Origin: Gemmatimonadaceae bacterium
GTDB lineage: Bacteria; Gemmatimonadota; Gemmatimonadetes; Gemmatimonadales; Gemmatimonadaceae
Assembly: GCA_033763905.1 (NCBI GenBank)
Contig: JANRJP010000052.1
Span: forward strand, 1-64,000
DNA length: 64,000 bases
Direction of reading: 5' to 3'
Below the pieces are notes generated by a model. It worked only from the letters and a program-made list of their open reading frames with translations. It did no database searches and was not told where the DNA came from. Numbering within the stretch: the stretch's first letter is position 1; each line of letters begins with the position of its first letter. Below, piece after piece: positions 35,396-45,279 of this stretch. Both the position numbers and the translations under genes were made by a program.

Positions 35396-36826
35396 GTGTC
35401 TCTGTCCCGGTCGCCGTCTTCAATGCCTGTCGTCCGTCGTCTCGGTTGGGCCCTCACGCTCCTCGCGGCCGTGAGTTGCGGTGGTGCCACCTCGGCGGGC
35501 GGTCCCCGACCAGGAGCCACCGGTACGCCCCGCGGCATTGCCGGGGTGCCCGGCGCGGGCGAGATCGCTCCGATCGACGTGGTGCAGCTGTATCGGACGA
35601 TGGGGCTCTTGGCCGACGGGTTGCCGATGCCGTTCGTTGGCAGCGTGGCCTTCCTGGGCGGACGGAATGCCGACAGCACGCTGGCCCTCGTGACGCTCTC
35701 GTTGGCGAACCGGTCGTTGGCCTTTACCCGCGAAGGGGACCGCTACTCGGCCGCGTATTCGGTCACCTTGGAGGCTCGCCGTGGTGAGGCCTCCCTCGCC
35801 CGCGTGACGACCACCGAGTCGGTCCGGGTGCAGCAGTTCAAGGAAACCGGCCGCACCGACGAGAGCGTGATCTTCGAGCAGCTGCTGGTGCTCCCGGCCG
35901 GCAGTGCGGAATTGCAGGTGACGGTGCGGGACGAGGGATCCGGACGCGTCAGCACGACGGCGCGCACGATCACGGTGCCGCGGCTGACCGGCCGCGCGAC
36001 GCTGAGCACCCCGGTGCCGTTCTATCAGGCGGCGATTCGCCCGAACCTCGACACGTTGCCGCGGCTGGTGCCGTCGCCCCGGTCGACCGTGGTATTCGGC
36101 CGCGATTCCCTCGTGCCGGTGTATCTCGAAGCCTACGGCGAGGCCGAACGCGTCACGCTTCGCGCCAAGGTCGAAACCGAAGGGGCCACGCTCTTCGTTG
36201 ATTCCCTGCCGCTCACGCGGCGGACGCCGGGGTTGTTCAGCGGGGTGTTTTCGGTCCCGGTTCGTCGGCTCGGCATCGGCGTCTCGACGCTCTCGTTCAC
36301 GCGGACCGACGCGCCGTCCGACACCACCAGTGTCCCGATCTTCGTGTCGTTCGGCGACGACCTGCCTGTCGCGTCGTTCGAGCAGATGCTCAACTACCTC
36401 CGCTTCTTCGCGACCTCGTCGCGGTTGCGGGCGCTGCGCGACGTGAACATCGAGCAACGCGCCGAAGCGTGGGCCCGCTTCGTGGCGGAGACCGATCCGA
36501 CACCGCTGACCCCCGAACACGAAGGATTGCGGCTGTACTTCCAGCGGATCCAGATCGCCAACCAGCGATTCCGCGACGAAGGCCAGCAGGGGTGGCTCAC
36601 CGATCGCGGGATGGTCTACATCACGCTCGGCGAGCCGGAACAGGTGCGCGAGTCGAACCCGATCGACGTGGGGCAGCGCGGGCGCGCCTTGGTGTGGGAC
36701 TATCCGTCGCGCCGCGTGACGCTCCTGTTCGTGGACCAGACGGGCTTCGGCCGCTGGCGGCTCTCGGTCCAGAGCCAGTCCGACTTCCAGGCGATCGCGC
36801 GATCCCTGCAGGAGCGCAACGGGTGA
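35396..36826 (+). CDS. GWxTD domain-containing lipoprotein
   Basis: Lipobox AAVSC; DPTPLTPEHE, ANQRF, GWLTDRGMVYITLGEP, FVDQTGFG. Confidence 0.9.
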   Translation: MSLSRSPSSMPVVRRLGWALTLLAAVSCGGATSAGGPRPGATGTPRGIAGVPGAGEIAPIDVVQLYRTMGLLADGLPMPFVGSVAFLGGRNADSTLALVTLSLANRSLAFTREGDRYSAAYSVTLEARRGEASLARVTTTESVRVQQFKETGRTDESVIFEQLLVLPAGSAELQVTVRDEGSGRVSTTARTITVPRLTGRATLSTPVPFYQAAIRPNLDTLPRLVPSPRSTVVFGRDSLVPVYLEAYGEAERVTLRAKVETEGATLFVDSLPLTRRTPGLFSGVFSVPVRRLGIGVSTLSFTRTDAPSDTTSVPIFVSFGDDLPVASFEQMLNYLRFFATSSRLRALRDVNIEQRAEAWARFVAETDPTPLTPEHEGLRLYFQRIQIANQRFRDEGQQGWLTDRGMVYITLGEPEQVRESNPIDVGQRGRALVWDYPSRRVTLLFVDQTGFGRWRLSVQSQSDFQAIARSLQERNG

Positions 36827-37410
36827 CGTCGCCGGACACCGCCGCACCGGCGGTGTCGCGTGAAGGGGCGCGCAAGACGCTGCACCTCGCGACGAGTGCC
36901 GTGCCGCTGGCGTCTGCGGTCGGTCTGTCGACGAATTGGCTGCGGTGGGGCCTGCTGGCGGCGCTCGGCGTCGCCCTTGGGGTAGAACTGGCCCGTCGCC
37001 AATCCTCCACGCTCGCCCGCGCATTCTCTCGGTGGACGGTCGGGATGCTGCGACCCAGTGAGGTCGGTGGGGCGCTCACGGGAGCCACGTGGATGCTGGT
37101 CGGCTACCTCGGCGCGGTGCTGCTGGGTCCGCGCGACGCGGCGATTGCCGCGATGTGGGCGGTAGCGGCCGGAGACGGGGTCGCCACGCTCGTCGGCCGG
37201 CGCTGGGGTACTCCCGGCGCCAAATCCGCGGCGGGGAGCTTGGCGATGCTTCTGGTGACCTTCGCCGGGGGGTGGGGCGTTGCTGGACTCGCGCCCAGCT
37301 GGGCCTTGGGCGTGGCGCTCGCGGCCACGGTCGCCGAGCGCTGGCCGACGTTCGCCAACGACAACGTGCGGATCCCCGCCGTGGTTTTACTGATGCTGTC
37401 GATTCGATAA
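36823..37410 (+). CDS. SEC59/DGK1/phytol-kinase-like (CTP transferase fold) membrane protein
   Basis: REGARKTLHL, LRPSE, LTGATW, GDGVATLVGRRWG, KSAAGS, NDNVRIP; GTGA overlap with the GWxTD gene. Confidence 0.75.
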   Translation: MTSPDTAAPAVSREGARKTLHLATSAVPLASAVGLSTNWLRWGLLAALGVALGVELARRQSSTLARAFSRWTVGMLRPSEVGGALTGATWMLVGYLGAVLLGPRDAAIAAMWAVAAGDGVATLVGRRWGTPGAKSAAGSLAMLLVTFAGGWGVAGLAPSWALGVALAATVAERWPTFANDNVRIPAVVLLMLSIR

Positions 37411-37421
37411 ATTCGAATTGT

Positions 37422-37450
37422 TTGACATATCATTCGGCATTTTATACTCT
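37422..37450 (+). promoter_or_regulatory. Near-consensus housekeeping sigma promoter for the cold-shock gene
   Basis: TTGACA-N17-TACTCT in an AT-rich patch. Confidence 0.7.
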
Positions 37451-37524
37451 CCATCCACATTCACCGCGCTGCGCGCTGCCGCCGAACGGCGGATCGCACG
37501 GGCGCGACGGACGGAGTGATGGGG

Positions 37525-37734
37525 ATGGCCAGCACGGGGCGAGTGAAGTGGTTCAATGACGCGAAGGGCTTCGGCTTCATCGAGCCGGCCGGCGGCGGCG
37601 CCGATGTCTTCGTGCACTACTCGCAGATCCAGATGGACGGCTTCAAGTCGCTGCCCGAGGGATGTCAGGTGCAGTACGAGCCGCGGCAGGGCGAAAAGGG
37701 CGTCAGCGCCACCAACGTCATTCGCGTCGCCTGA
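37525..37734 (+). CDS. Cold-shock (CspA family) protein
   Basis: [29 protein letters not shown]. Start could also be 37516 or 37519. Confidence 0.95.
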   Translation: MASTGRVKWFNDAKGFGFIEPAGGGADVFVHYSQIQMDGFKSLPEGCQVQYEPRQGEKGVSATNVIRVA

Positions 37735-37818
37735 CGCGACCGGAAGGACCGGGCCGGCGCCCGGGGGAGGGCGGCGAGGCAATCGTCACCGCGGAACGCG
37801 GCGACTATTCTTCCGCCG

Positions 37819-40740
37819 ATGGATGCCTCTCGCCCCGCGGCGCCTCGCCTGTTCCTGATCGACGGCTACGCGCTCGTCTATCGGGCTTTTCACGCGGCCG
37901 GCAACCGGCCGCTCACCACGCGTCGCGGTGAGAACACCGCGATTCCGTGGGGCATTGCGAACTTTCTCGACCGCCTGCGGCGCGTCCACGCGCCCGAGCT
38001 CCTCGGCTGGGTACACGACGCCGGGATGTCCGATCGCGAAGTCGAGTTTGCCGCGTACAAGGCGAATCGGGTGGCCTTCGACGAAGCGGCGCAGGCCGAC
38101 TTCGACCGCGGCGTCGAGCGCGTCGAAGCGCTGCTGACGGCGCAGCGCGTGCCGCTGCTCGAAGTCGCCGGCTTCGAGGCGGACGACGTCATTGCGACGC
38201 TCGCCACCCAGGCGGTACGCGAGGGGCTCAACGTCGTCGTCGTGTCGCCCGACAAAGACCTGCTGCAGCTCGTGCAGCCGGGCGTATGGGTGATGAACCC
38301 GTATCACGGTCGGCCGGGGGCCACGACCGAGCAGTGGTACGACGAGCACAATGCGCACGAGCGTCTCGGCGTACCGCCGCACCAAGTGGTGGACTACCTC
38401 GCGATGGTTGGCGACACCGCCGACAATGTGCCCGGCGTCAAGGGCATCGGCGACAAGGGGGCCGCCGCGCTGTTGGCGCAGTGGGGCTCGCTCGACGCGA
38501 TCTACGCCAACCTCGATGCGGTCACGCCGCCGCGGGCGCAGAAAGCCCTGCGCGAGCATCGCGACGACGCGTATCTGTCGCGCTCCCTGACCACCGTGAA
38601 GCGCGATGTGCCGATCGCGCTGGATCGCACCGCGTTGCAAGTCGATCCGCCCGATCTCGCGGCGCTCAAGACGCTCTACAGCGAACTCGAGTTCGCGTCG
38701 CTGCTCGCGAAGCTGCCGCGCGACGACAGTGGCGGCGCTGCCGTCGCGCCGGCCGCACCGGTCGCCGATGCCGGCGCCGACGGTGATCCGGCGGCGGCGT
38801 TGCGCGCAGCCGTGGCGCCACCGACGACGCCGAAGCACTACACGCTCGTCACCACGGTCGCCGAACTCGACACGCTCGTGGCGCACTGTCGCGCGGTCGG
38901 GACGATCGCCATCGATACCGAGACCGTGATCGACCCCGACGCGCCGGTGGCCGTCGATCCGATGCGTGCGACACTCGTCGGCATCTCGATCGCGACGGCG
39001 GACGGCGAAGCGTGGTATCTGCCGTTCGCGCATCGACCGTACTCGGCGGGCCAAGGGGACCTCCTCGCCACCTCGGCGCCGGGCGATTCGATCGCGGCCC
39101 GCGCGATCAACGCGGGCGCGCCGGATCCGGTCAACCTGCCGCCGCTCGCGAGTGACGCCTGCGCGGGACTCCGCGCGCTGCTCGAGGATCCCGCCGTCGC
39201 GAAGATCGCCCAGAACGCGAAGTACGATCTGCTCGTGTTCCGCGGCGCGGGTATCCGCGTCGCCGGGCTGACGGTCGACACGATGCTGGCGAGTTACGTG
39301 CTCGATCCGGGGCGCCGCTCGCACGGGCTCGATCAACTCGCGCTCGAACTGCTCGGCTACGAGATGACCTCGTACGAGCAGCTCACCGGCAAGGGCAAGA
39401 CGCAACTGGGCTTCGATGTCGTGCCCCTCGATGCGGCCCGCGAGTACTCGTGCGAAGATGCCGACATCACGCGCCGATTGGCGGCACTCATCGTGCCGAA
39501 GCTCGGCGTGCAGGAGCCGCTGTTCCGCGACATCGAAATGCCGTTGATCGACGTGCTGGTCGATATGGAATGGCGCGGCGTCGCCATCGACCGCACCTGG
39601 TTCGCCACGCTCAAGGCGCGGTTCGCCGCCGAACGCGAGCGGCTCGAAGCCGAGATCCGCGCGGCGGCCGGTGAAGACATCAACGTCAACTCCACACCGC
39701 AGCTGCGTCGGATTCTCTTCGAGAAACTCGGGCTCCCCGTGCTCAAGAAGACCGCCACCGGCGCCAGCACCGACGCCAGCGTGCTCGAAGAGCTCGCGGC
39801 AATGGGGCACACGCTCCCGACGCCGCTGATGGAGTACCGCGAGGTCGCGAAGCTCGAGAGCACGTATCTCGACGCCCTGCCGCGGATGGTGCATCCCCGC
39901 ACCGGGCGACTGCACACCTCGTACGGCCAGACGGGCTCGGCCACCGGCCGACTCTCGTCGAGCGATCCGAATCTGCAGAACATTCCGGTGCGCACCGAGC
40001 TCGGGCGCGAGATCCGGCGTGGCTTCATTCCGCAGGCGGGCTGGCAGTTCCTCGCGGCCGACTACTCGCAGATCGAGCTGCGGTTGCTGGCTCATCTCTC
40101 GGACGATCCGGCCTTCGTCGCCGCGTTCCGCGCCGGTGGAGACATTCACAAGCAGACGGCGGCGGTGATCTTCGGCGTCGACCTTGGCGACGTCACGAGC
40201 GAGATGCGCGCCCGCGCGAAGACGATCAACTTCGCGACCATCTACGGGCAGGGCGCCCACGCGCTGTCGCGGCAGCTCAAGATCGAGCACGCCGACGCGA
40301 AGCAGTTCATCGCGACGTACTTCGAGCGCTTCGCGGGCGTCCGGCGCTTCCTTGATGCGGCGGTGGAGCAGGCGCGCACGCGCGGGTACGCCGAGACGAT
40401 TTTCGGACGGCGACGCTACATCCCCGAACTCAAGGACAAGAACTTCAACATTCGCGCCTTCGGCGAGCGCGTCTCGCAGAACGCGCCGATTCAGGGGTCG
40501 GCGGCCGATCTCATCAAGATGGCGATGCTGCGCATTCACCGGCGGCTCGCGGCCGACGGGCTGGAGGCGCGTATGCTGCTCCAGGTGCACGACGAACTGG
40601 TTTTTGAAGCACCGCCACACGAGGTGGACGCCTTGCGCACCCTTGTGAAGACCGAAATGGAAGGCGCCGCTGCGTTGTCGGTGCCGCTCGTCGTGGACGT
40701 CGGCGTCGGCGCCAACTGGGTGGACGCGAAGAAGGGGTGA
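37819..40740 (+). CDS. polA: DNA polymerase I
   Basis: LIDGYALVYRAF, EADD, DTET exonuclease motif, TGRLSSSDPNLQNIP, ADYSQIELR, AKTINF, LQVHDEL. Confidence 0.98.
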   Translation: MDASRPAAPRLFLIDGYALVYRAFHAAGNRPLTTRRGENTAIPWGIANFLDRLRRVHAPELLGWVHDAGMSDREVEFAAYKANRVAFDEAAQADFDRGVERVEALLTAQRVPLLEVAGFEADDVIATLATQAVREGLNVVVVSPDKDLLQLVQPGVWVMNPYHGRPGATTEQWYDEHNAHERLGVPPHQVVDYLAMVGDTADNVPGVKGIGDKGAAALLAQWGSLDAIYANLDAVTPPRAQKALREHRDDAYLSRSLTTVKRDVPIALDRTALQVDPPDLAALKTLYSELEFASLLAKLPRDDSGGAAVAPAAPVADAGADGDPAAALRAAVAPPTTPKHYTLVTTVAELDTLVAHCRAVGTIAIDTETVIDPDAPVAVDPMRATLVGISIATADGEAWYLPFAHRPYSAGQGDLLATSAPGDSIAARAINAGAPDPVNLPPLASDACAGLRALLEDPAVAKIAQNAKYDLLVFRGAGIRVAGLTVDTMLASYVLDPGRRSHGLDQLALELLGYEMTSYEQLTGKGKTQLGFDVVPLDAAREYSCEDADITRRLAALIVPKLGVQEPLFRDIEMPLIDVLVDMEWRGVAIDRTWFATLKARFAAERERLEAEIRAAAGEDINVNSTPQLRRILFEKLGLPVLKKTATGASTDASVLEELAAMGHTLPTPLMEYREVAKLESTYLDALPRMVHPRTGRLHTSYGQTGSATGRLSSSDPNLQNIPVRTELGREIRRGFIPQAGWQFLAADYSQIELRLLAHLSDDPAFVAAFRAGGDIHKQTAAVIFGVDLGDVTSEMRARAKTINFATIYGQGAHALSRQLKIEHADAKQFIATYFERFAGVRRFLDAAVEQARTRGYAETIFGRRRYIPELKDKNFNIRAFGERVSQNAPIQGSAADLIKMAMLRIHRRLAADGLEARMLLQVHDELVFEAPPHEVDALRTLVKTEMEGAAALSVPLVVDVGVGANWVDAKKG

Positions 40741-41054
40741 GCGAGGCGAATCCTCTGTCCGCGGCCGTCCCGCCGTGGCGCGAGTTCGTGCACCGTCGCG
40801 ACGGGATGGCCTACGCGATGGCGGGTGGGCTCTGGCTACATCGCCACATCTGGAAGGGCGAGCCGATGGCCCATCTCGTCAGCACCGATCGCGAAGCACT
40901 ACTCGTCGTCGGACGACAGATGGGCATTCCCGCCTACCGCCTGCAGTTCAAGCCCCTCAAGGATCCGGCGACGGGACTCCGGCGAGACGCGTGGCACTGG
41001 GATCTGGTAGGACGCTTCCTGCCTCCGCTTCCCGACGTCCCTCCTCCGGGTTGA
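40737..41054 (+). CDS. Small protein, DUF4031-like
   Basis: MAHLVSTDREAL...GI...LQ...HWDL pattern; GTGA overlap with polA. Confidence 0.6.
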   Translation: MSEANPLSAAVPPWREFVHRRDGMAYAMAGGLWLHRHIWKGEPMAHLVSTDREALLVVGRQMGIPAYRLQFKPLKDPATGLRRDAWHWDLVGRFLPPLPDVPPPG

Positions 41055-42327
41055 CGAGCGCCAAGAGCAGCCCGCCAATCACGAAGAAGGCAATCACGCT
41101 CAACACCGAGTTGCGGCTCGAGCCGGTCATCTCGATCGCCACGGCGAACAGCAGCGGTCCGAAAATGCCCGCGAACTTCTCGAAGACGCTGTAGAAGCCG
41201 AAGAACTCGCCGCTCTTGTAGGCCGGCACCATACTCGCGAAGAGCGACCGCGAGAGCGCCTGCGTGCCCCCCTGCACGAGTCCCACCAGCACCGCGAGCA
41301 GCAGGAAGTCGCGCGCGTTCTGCATCCAATAGCCCAGAATGCTCGCGGCGGTGTAGGTGGCCAATCCGACGTAGATCGCCGGCCGCGTGCCGATCTTCCC
41401 CGCCAGCCAGCCGAAGGCGAACGAGCAGGGAATGCCGACGAACTGCACCACGAGAATCGCCGCAATCAGCGAACCCTGACCGATGCCGAGCTCGGTACCG
41501 TAGGCCGTGGCCATCTTGATGATCGTCGAGATCCCGTCGTTGTAGATCAGGAACGCGAGCAACATCAGCGAGGCCTGCTTGTACTGCCGTAGCGAGCGAA
41601 ACGTCTCGCGGAGCCGAGCAACGGTCGATCGCAGCACCGGCGTGCCGGGGGGCTCGTCGGCTTCCCGCACGATCGGTGGTTCCGGCACCCGACGCATCAA
41701 GGGCCACGCAAACACCGCCCACCAGATGCCGACGCTGACGAACGCCAATCGCGCCGGTAGCGTGCTGTCGGTCGGCAGCCCGAAGAGCGCGGGTTGCTGG
41801 ATCCACGCCAACTGCAACGCCAGCAGCACGCCCCCGCCGACATAGCCCATCGCGTACCCCGCGGTACTCACGCGGTCGATCTCGGCGCGCGACGCGATGT
41901 GCGGCAGTAGCGACTCGTAAAACACCGTCGCGCCCACGGCGCCGATCATCGCCACGACAAACAGCCAGTATGCGAGCGAAAGATCGCCCTGCTCGATGAA
42001 GAACATCCCGAGCGACGCGGCCACCCCCAGCACGGTGCACACCAGCAATTGACGCTTCCGTGTGGCGGTGACGTCCGCCAGGGTCCCCAGCAGTGGGGAC
42101 AGCACCGCCGTGATCGTGAGATACACCGTGCTCGCCGTGGCCAAGGCCTGTGTGGCCTTGGCTGGCGGCAAGCCCGCGCCCGCGACCTTGACGAAGTAGA
42201 TCGGGAAGACCGCCGTCATCAGTGTGGTCTGGGCGGCCGAGAGCGCCCAGTCGTACATCGCCCACGCGCGCTGTTCGCGTGTGGTCAAGCCGAGTCGGGC
42301 CAGCAGTGGGCGTGCGGCAGTCGTCAT
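40957..42327 (-). CDS. MFS transporter (UMF1/ATG22-like)
   Basis: AWAMYDWA, SPLLGTLAD, FYESLLP, GYVGG, YNDG, QALSRSLF, EFFGFY; about 12 hydrophobic segments. Confidence 0.92.
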   Translation of the reverse strand: MTTAARPLLARLGLTTREQRAWAMYDWALSAAQTTLMTAVFPIYFVKVAGAGLPPAKATQALATASTVYLTITAVLSPLLGTLADVTATRKRQLLVCTVLGVAASLGMFFIEQGDLSLAYWLFVVAMIGAVGATVFYESLLPHIASRAEIDRVSTAGYAMGYVGGGVLLALQLAWIQQPALFGLPTDSTLPARLAFVSVGIWWAVFAWPLMRRVPEPPIVREADEPPGTPVLRSTVARLRETFRSLRQYKQASLMLLAFLIYNDGISTIIKMATAYGTELGIGQGSLIAAILVVQFVGIPCSFAFGWLAGKIGTRPAIYVGLATYTAASILGYWMQNARDFLLLAVLVGLVQGGTQALSRSLFASMVPAYKSGEFFGFYSVFEKFAGIFGPLLFAVAIEMTGSSRNSVLSVIAFFVIGGLLLALVNPEEGRREAEAGSVLPDPSATRLAGVPSPDP

Positions 42328-42384
42328 CGGAATCCGGGGGCCTGTGTTGCGATGTCGCGGCGCTTCCGCAGATTCCCGTGCGTG

Positions 42385-43290
42385 ATGACGCAAAGTGCAC
42401 GCGCTGCGTGGTGCCGATTCGGGACCGTCCTGTGCATCGCCGCCTGTCGCGGCGGCGATGCGGTGCCCGCCAACGATACGCCAGCGGGCACGACGGTGCC
42501 ACGCAGTGCAGGGGCGCCTGTGACGAATGCGGCCACCGCGTGGCCCGCAGGACTTGGTGAGTTGCTGCTGGCGGCCACCGGGGCGGGACGCACGGCGGCG
42601 ATTCTGCTCCCGGACACCACCAGTGATGCGCTCGCCCGCGTGCGAGGTGCCGCGCTCACGCTGACCGGACCGCTCGGCGACGTCGGTCAGGCGACCGTCA
42701 GCGGTACCGAGAAGGCCGATGATCCGGAGTGCATCGAGTGGCCCTCGGCGCGCATCGAGCGCGACTCGTCGTCCGCCCCGTGGACGATGGCGGTGTCGCG
42801 TGGTGCCGCCCGCGGGGTGCCCTTCACACCGTTTGATGCGCTCGGTGCCGCGGATTCCGCGGCGTTGCTCGTCGAGTTGCGACGGCTGGCGTCGGCGCTA
42901 CCGGGCGACACCAATGCGACGTTCCGCGGGCTCCCGATCAGCGTCCGTGATGCGGCCCGCGCCCGGCTGACCGACAGCGTCACGATGATCGTCGCCGAGG
43001 TCTCGCGGCGGGTCGGACAGGAAGCGCAACCTCTCGAAGAGCGCGTGGCGTTCATCGCCGAGCGACTCGGTACCGATCCCGTCTGGCGACTGCGCTGGCA
43101 CCAGCGCGTCGACGGGCTCGAAGAAACGATCGAAGCCACTCACCTCGTCGGCGTCGTGGCGATGACCGATGGCCAGCACGTGCTGGTGCTGCAGCGCGAA
43201 AGCGCGCGCGGTTTGCGCTTCGAGTTGTTCGTCCGGCAGCCCGACGGCCGCTGGGACCGACGCTGGACGGGCCCGTGGAGCGGCTGTTGA
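42385..43290 (+). CDS. Hypothetical lipoprotein
   Basis: Lipobox-like CIAAC; fills the gap between the MFS and ABC genes; ends WTGPWSGC. Confidence 0.6.
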   Translation: MTQSARAAWCRFGTVLCIAACRGGDAVPANDTPAGTTVPRSAGAPVTNAATAWPAGLGELLLAATGAGRTAAILLPDTTSDALARVRGAALTLTGPLGDVGQATVSGTEKADDPECIEWPSARIERDSSSAPWTMAVSRGAARGVPFTPFDALGAADSAALLVELRRLASALPGDTNATFRGLPISVRDAARARLTDSVTMIVAEVSRRVGQEAQPLEERVAFIAERLGTDPVWRLRWHQRVDGLEETIEATHLVGVVAMTDGQHVLVLQRESARGLRFELFVRQPDGRWDRRWTGPWSGC

Positions 43291-43315
43291 GGTCGCCGCG
43301 ATCGGTGCGCCTGTC

Positions 43316-44227
43316 CTAAGGGGCTCGGCGCCCGAGGGCGAGCGGGCCGCGCCCGCGCCCACGGGAGATCGCAAGCGCGACGAGGGTCAGCAGGTACGGC
43401 AACGCGAGGAAGAGCTGATAGGGCAAGCCCCAGCCCATCGCCTGAAAGAGAAACTGCAGCGCACTCGCGCCGCCGAAAATCAAAGCACCAACGCCCACAC
43501 CGACGGGATGCCACCGGCCGAGCACGACAATCGCGATGGCGATGAATCCACGGCCGGCGCTCATCCCTTCGGCGAAGGTGCCGACCTGCGCCAAGACCAG
43601 CGTGCCCCCTGCGAGGCCACCGAGCGCCCCTCCCGCCACGATCGCCAGCATCTGCGCGCGTTCCACGGCGACACCGGCCACCCGTGCGGCGTCGGGGGCT
43701 TCGCCAATCGCGCGCAAGGCGAGCCCGGCGTGCGTGCGATACAGCCACCACCAGAGCGCGGGCACCAGGAGCAGTGCGGCATACGTGGTCATCGGCTGGT
43801 TGAAGACAGCAGGGCCGACGACCGGAATCGCCGACAGGCCGGGGATCGCCCAGGGTCCGATCGTCGGGGAGGACAACGCCGCGCCGCTCGCACCATAGAG
43901 CGTGCGGTAGAGCGCACCCGTGAGCCCGAGCCCGAGCATCGTCAGCGCGGTGCCGGTGATGATCTGGTCGGTTCGGAGTCGCACGACACAGACGGCAAAC
44001 ATTGTGGCCAGCGCCGCGCCAGCGAGCATCGAGGCCAGCAAGCCCGCGCCAGCCCCGGCGGCGCCTGCGGCCACCAGCCCGCCGAAGGCCCCGGCGATCA
44101 CACAGCCCTCCAGCCCGACGTTGATCACGCCCGCACGTTCGGCCAGTGTCTCTCCCAACGCCGCCAAGGCCAGCGGCGTCGCGGTGCGCACCGTGGCCTC
44201 GAGGAAGGGCGTCAGCGCGTCGGCCAT
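43316..44227 (-). CDS. Nucleoside/sugar ABC transporter permease
   Basis: TPLALAALGE...ERAGVINVGLEG, LRAIGE, GRGFIAIA, LPYLLT. Confidence 0.92.
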   Translation of the reverse strand: MADALTPFLEATVRTATPLALAALGETLAERAGVINVGLEGCVIAGAFGGLVAAGAAGAGAGLLASMLAGAALATMFAVCVVRLRTDQIITGTALTMLGLGLTGALYRTLYGASGAALSSPTIGPWAIPGLSAIPVVGPAVFNQPMTTYAALLLVPALWWWLYRTHAGLALRAIGEAPDAARVAGVAVERAQMLAIVAGGALGGLAGGTLVLAQVGTFAEGMSAGRGFIAIAIVVLGRWHPVGVGVGALIFGGASALQFLFQAMGWGLPYQLFLALPYLLTLVALAISRGRGRGPLALGRRAP

Positions 44228-45279
44228 CAGCTGGGGTCCTCACCTGTGGTATCCGAAGTGAACCACCCCGCGCGACGGCCACGTTCCACGAGCACCAGCA
44301 CCAGAATCAGCACCGCTTCCACCACCGCCACCAGCACCGAGGGCACGCCGGCGTCGCGCTGCATTGCCGTGGCGCCGGCCTCGAGTGCGCCGAAGAGCAA
44401 CGCCGTCAACAACACCACGCCCGGCGCAAGCCCGGCCAGCAGGGCGACAGCGATGGCCGTAAAGCCGTATCCCGGCGACAGGTTGTCGTACAGCGCGTAG
44501 GTCACGCCGGTCACTTCGATGGCACCCGCCAATCCAGCGAGCGCTCCGCTGGCAAGGAAGGCGCCCGCGGTCACCCGTGACACCGAGATGCCGCCCGCAC
44601 TCGCAGCGGCAGCGGCATTGAGTCCGGTCGCGCGCAGGCGGAACCCCGCAGCCGTCTGGGCGAGCCACCACGCCAGTCCCAGCGCCAGCGCGACCGCAAC
44701 GAGCACACCCAAGTGCAATCGCGTGCCGGGTAGCAGGATCGGCAATCGCGAGGCCATCTCGAGCGACGCGCTTTGCGGATAGATGTGCGTCGGCTCCTGC
44801 AGCGGTCCGCGCACCACCCAGGCCACGACGTACTGCGCGACGAAGTTGAGCATCAGCGTGCTGATCACTTCCAGCACGCCAAAGGACAGGCGCAGGACCG
44901 TCGCAATGCCGGCAATCGCGGCCCCGCCGACCACACCACCCAGCAGGGCCGCGAGCAATGACACGGGTCCCCACGACGCGGTGGCGAGCGCAACGGCGGT
45001 GGCCACGCCGGCACCGGCGAGAAACTGTCCCTCGGCGCCGATGTTGAGCACGCCCGCGCGGAACGCGACGACAATGGCCAACCCGGTGAGCGCCAATGGG
45101 GTGGCGCGCACTAGCGTACCGCTCAGCCACGCATCGCGTGACCCGAACGCCCCACGCCACAGCGCCTGCAGGGCCGCCGGCGCATCGAACCCGGCCAGCG
45201 CGACGACGGCGAGCAGCAGCACGGCGGCCAGCAGGGCCGCCCCGCCCAGCACCGCGAGCTGTCGCATCCACGACGTCAC
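44227..45279 (-). CDS. Nucleoside/sugar ABC transporter permease
   Basis: TPLALTGLA, FRAGVLNIGAEGQ, EVISTLMLN, GYGFTAIAVALL; GTG 45279. Confidence 0.92.
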   Translation of the reverse strand: MTSWMRQLAVLGGAALLAAVLLLAVVALAGFDAPAALQALWRGAFGSRDAWLSGTLVRATPLALTGLAIVVAFRAGVLNIGAEGQFLAGAGVATAVALATASWGPVSLLAALLGGVVGGAAIAGIATVLRLSFGVLEVISTLMLNFVAQYVVAWVVRGPLQEPTHIYPQSASLEMASRLPILLPGTRLHLGVLVAVALALGLAWWLAQTAAGFRLRATGLNAAAAASAGGISVSRVTAGAFLASGALAGLAGAIEVTGVTYALYDNLSPGYGFTAIAVALLAGLAPGVVLLTALLFGALEAGATAMQRDAGVPSVLVAVVEAVLILVLVLVERGRRAGWFTSDTTGEDPS

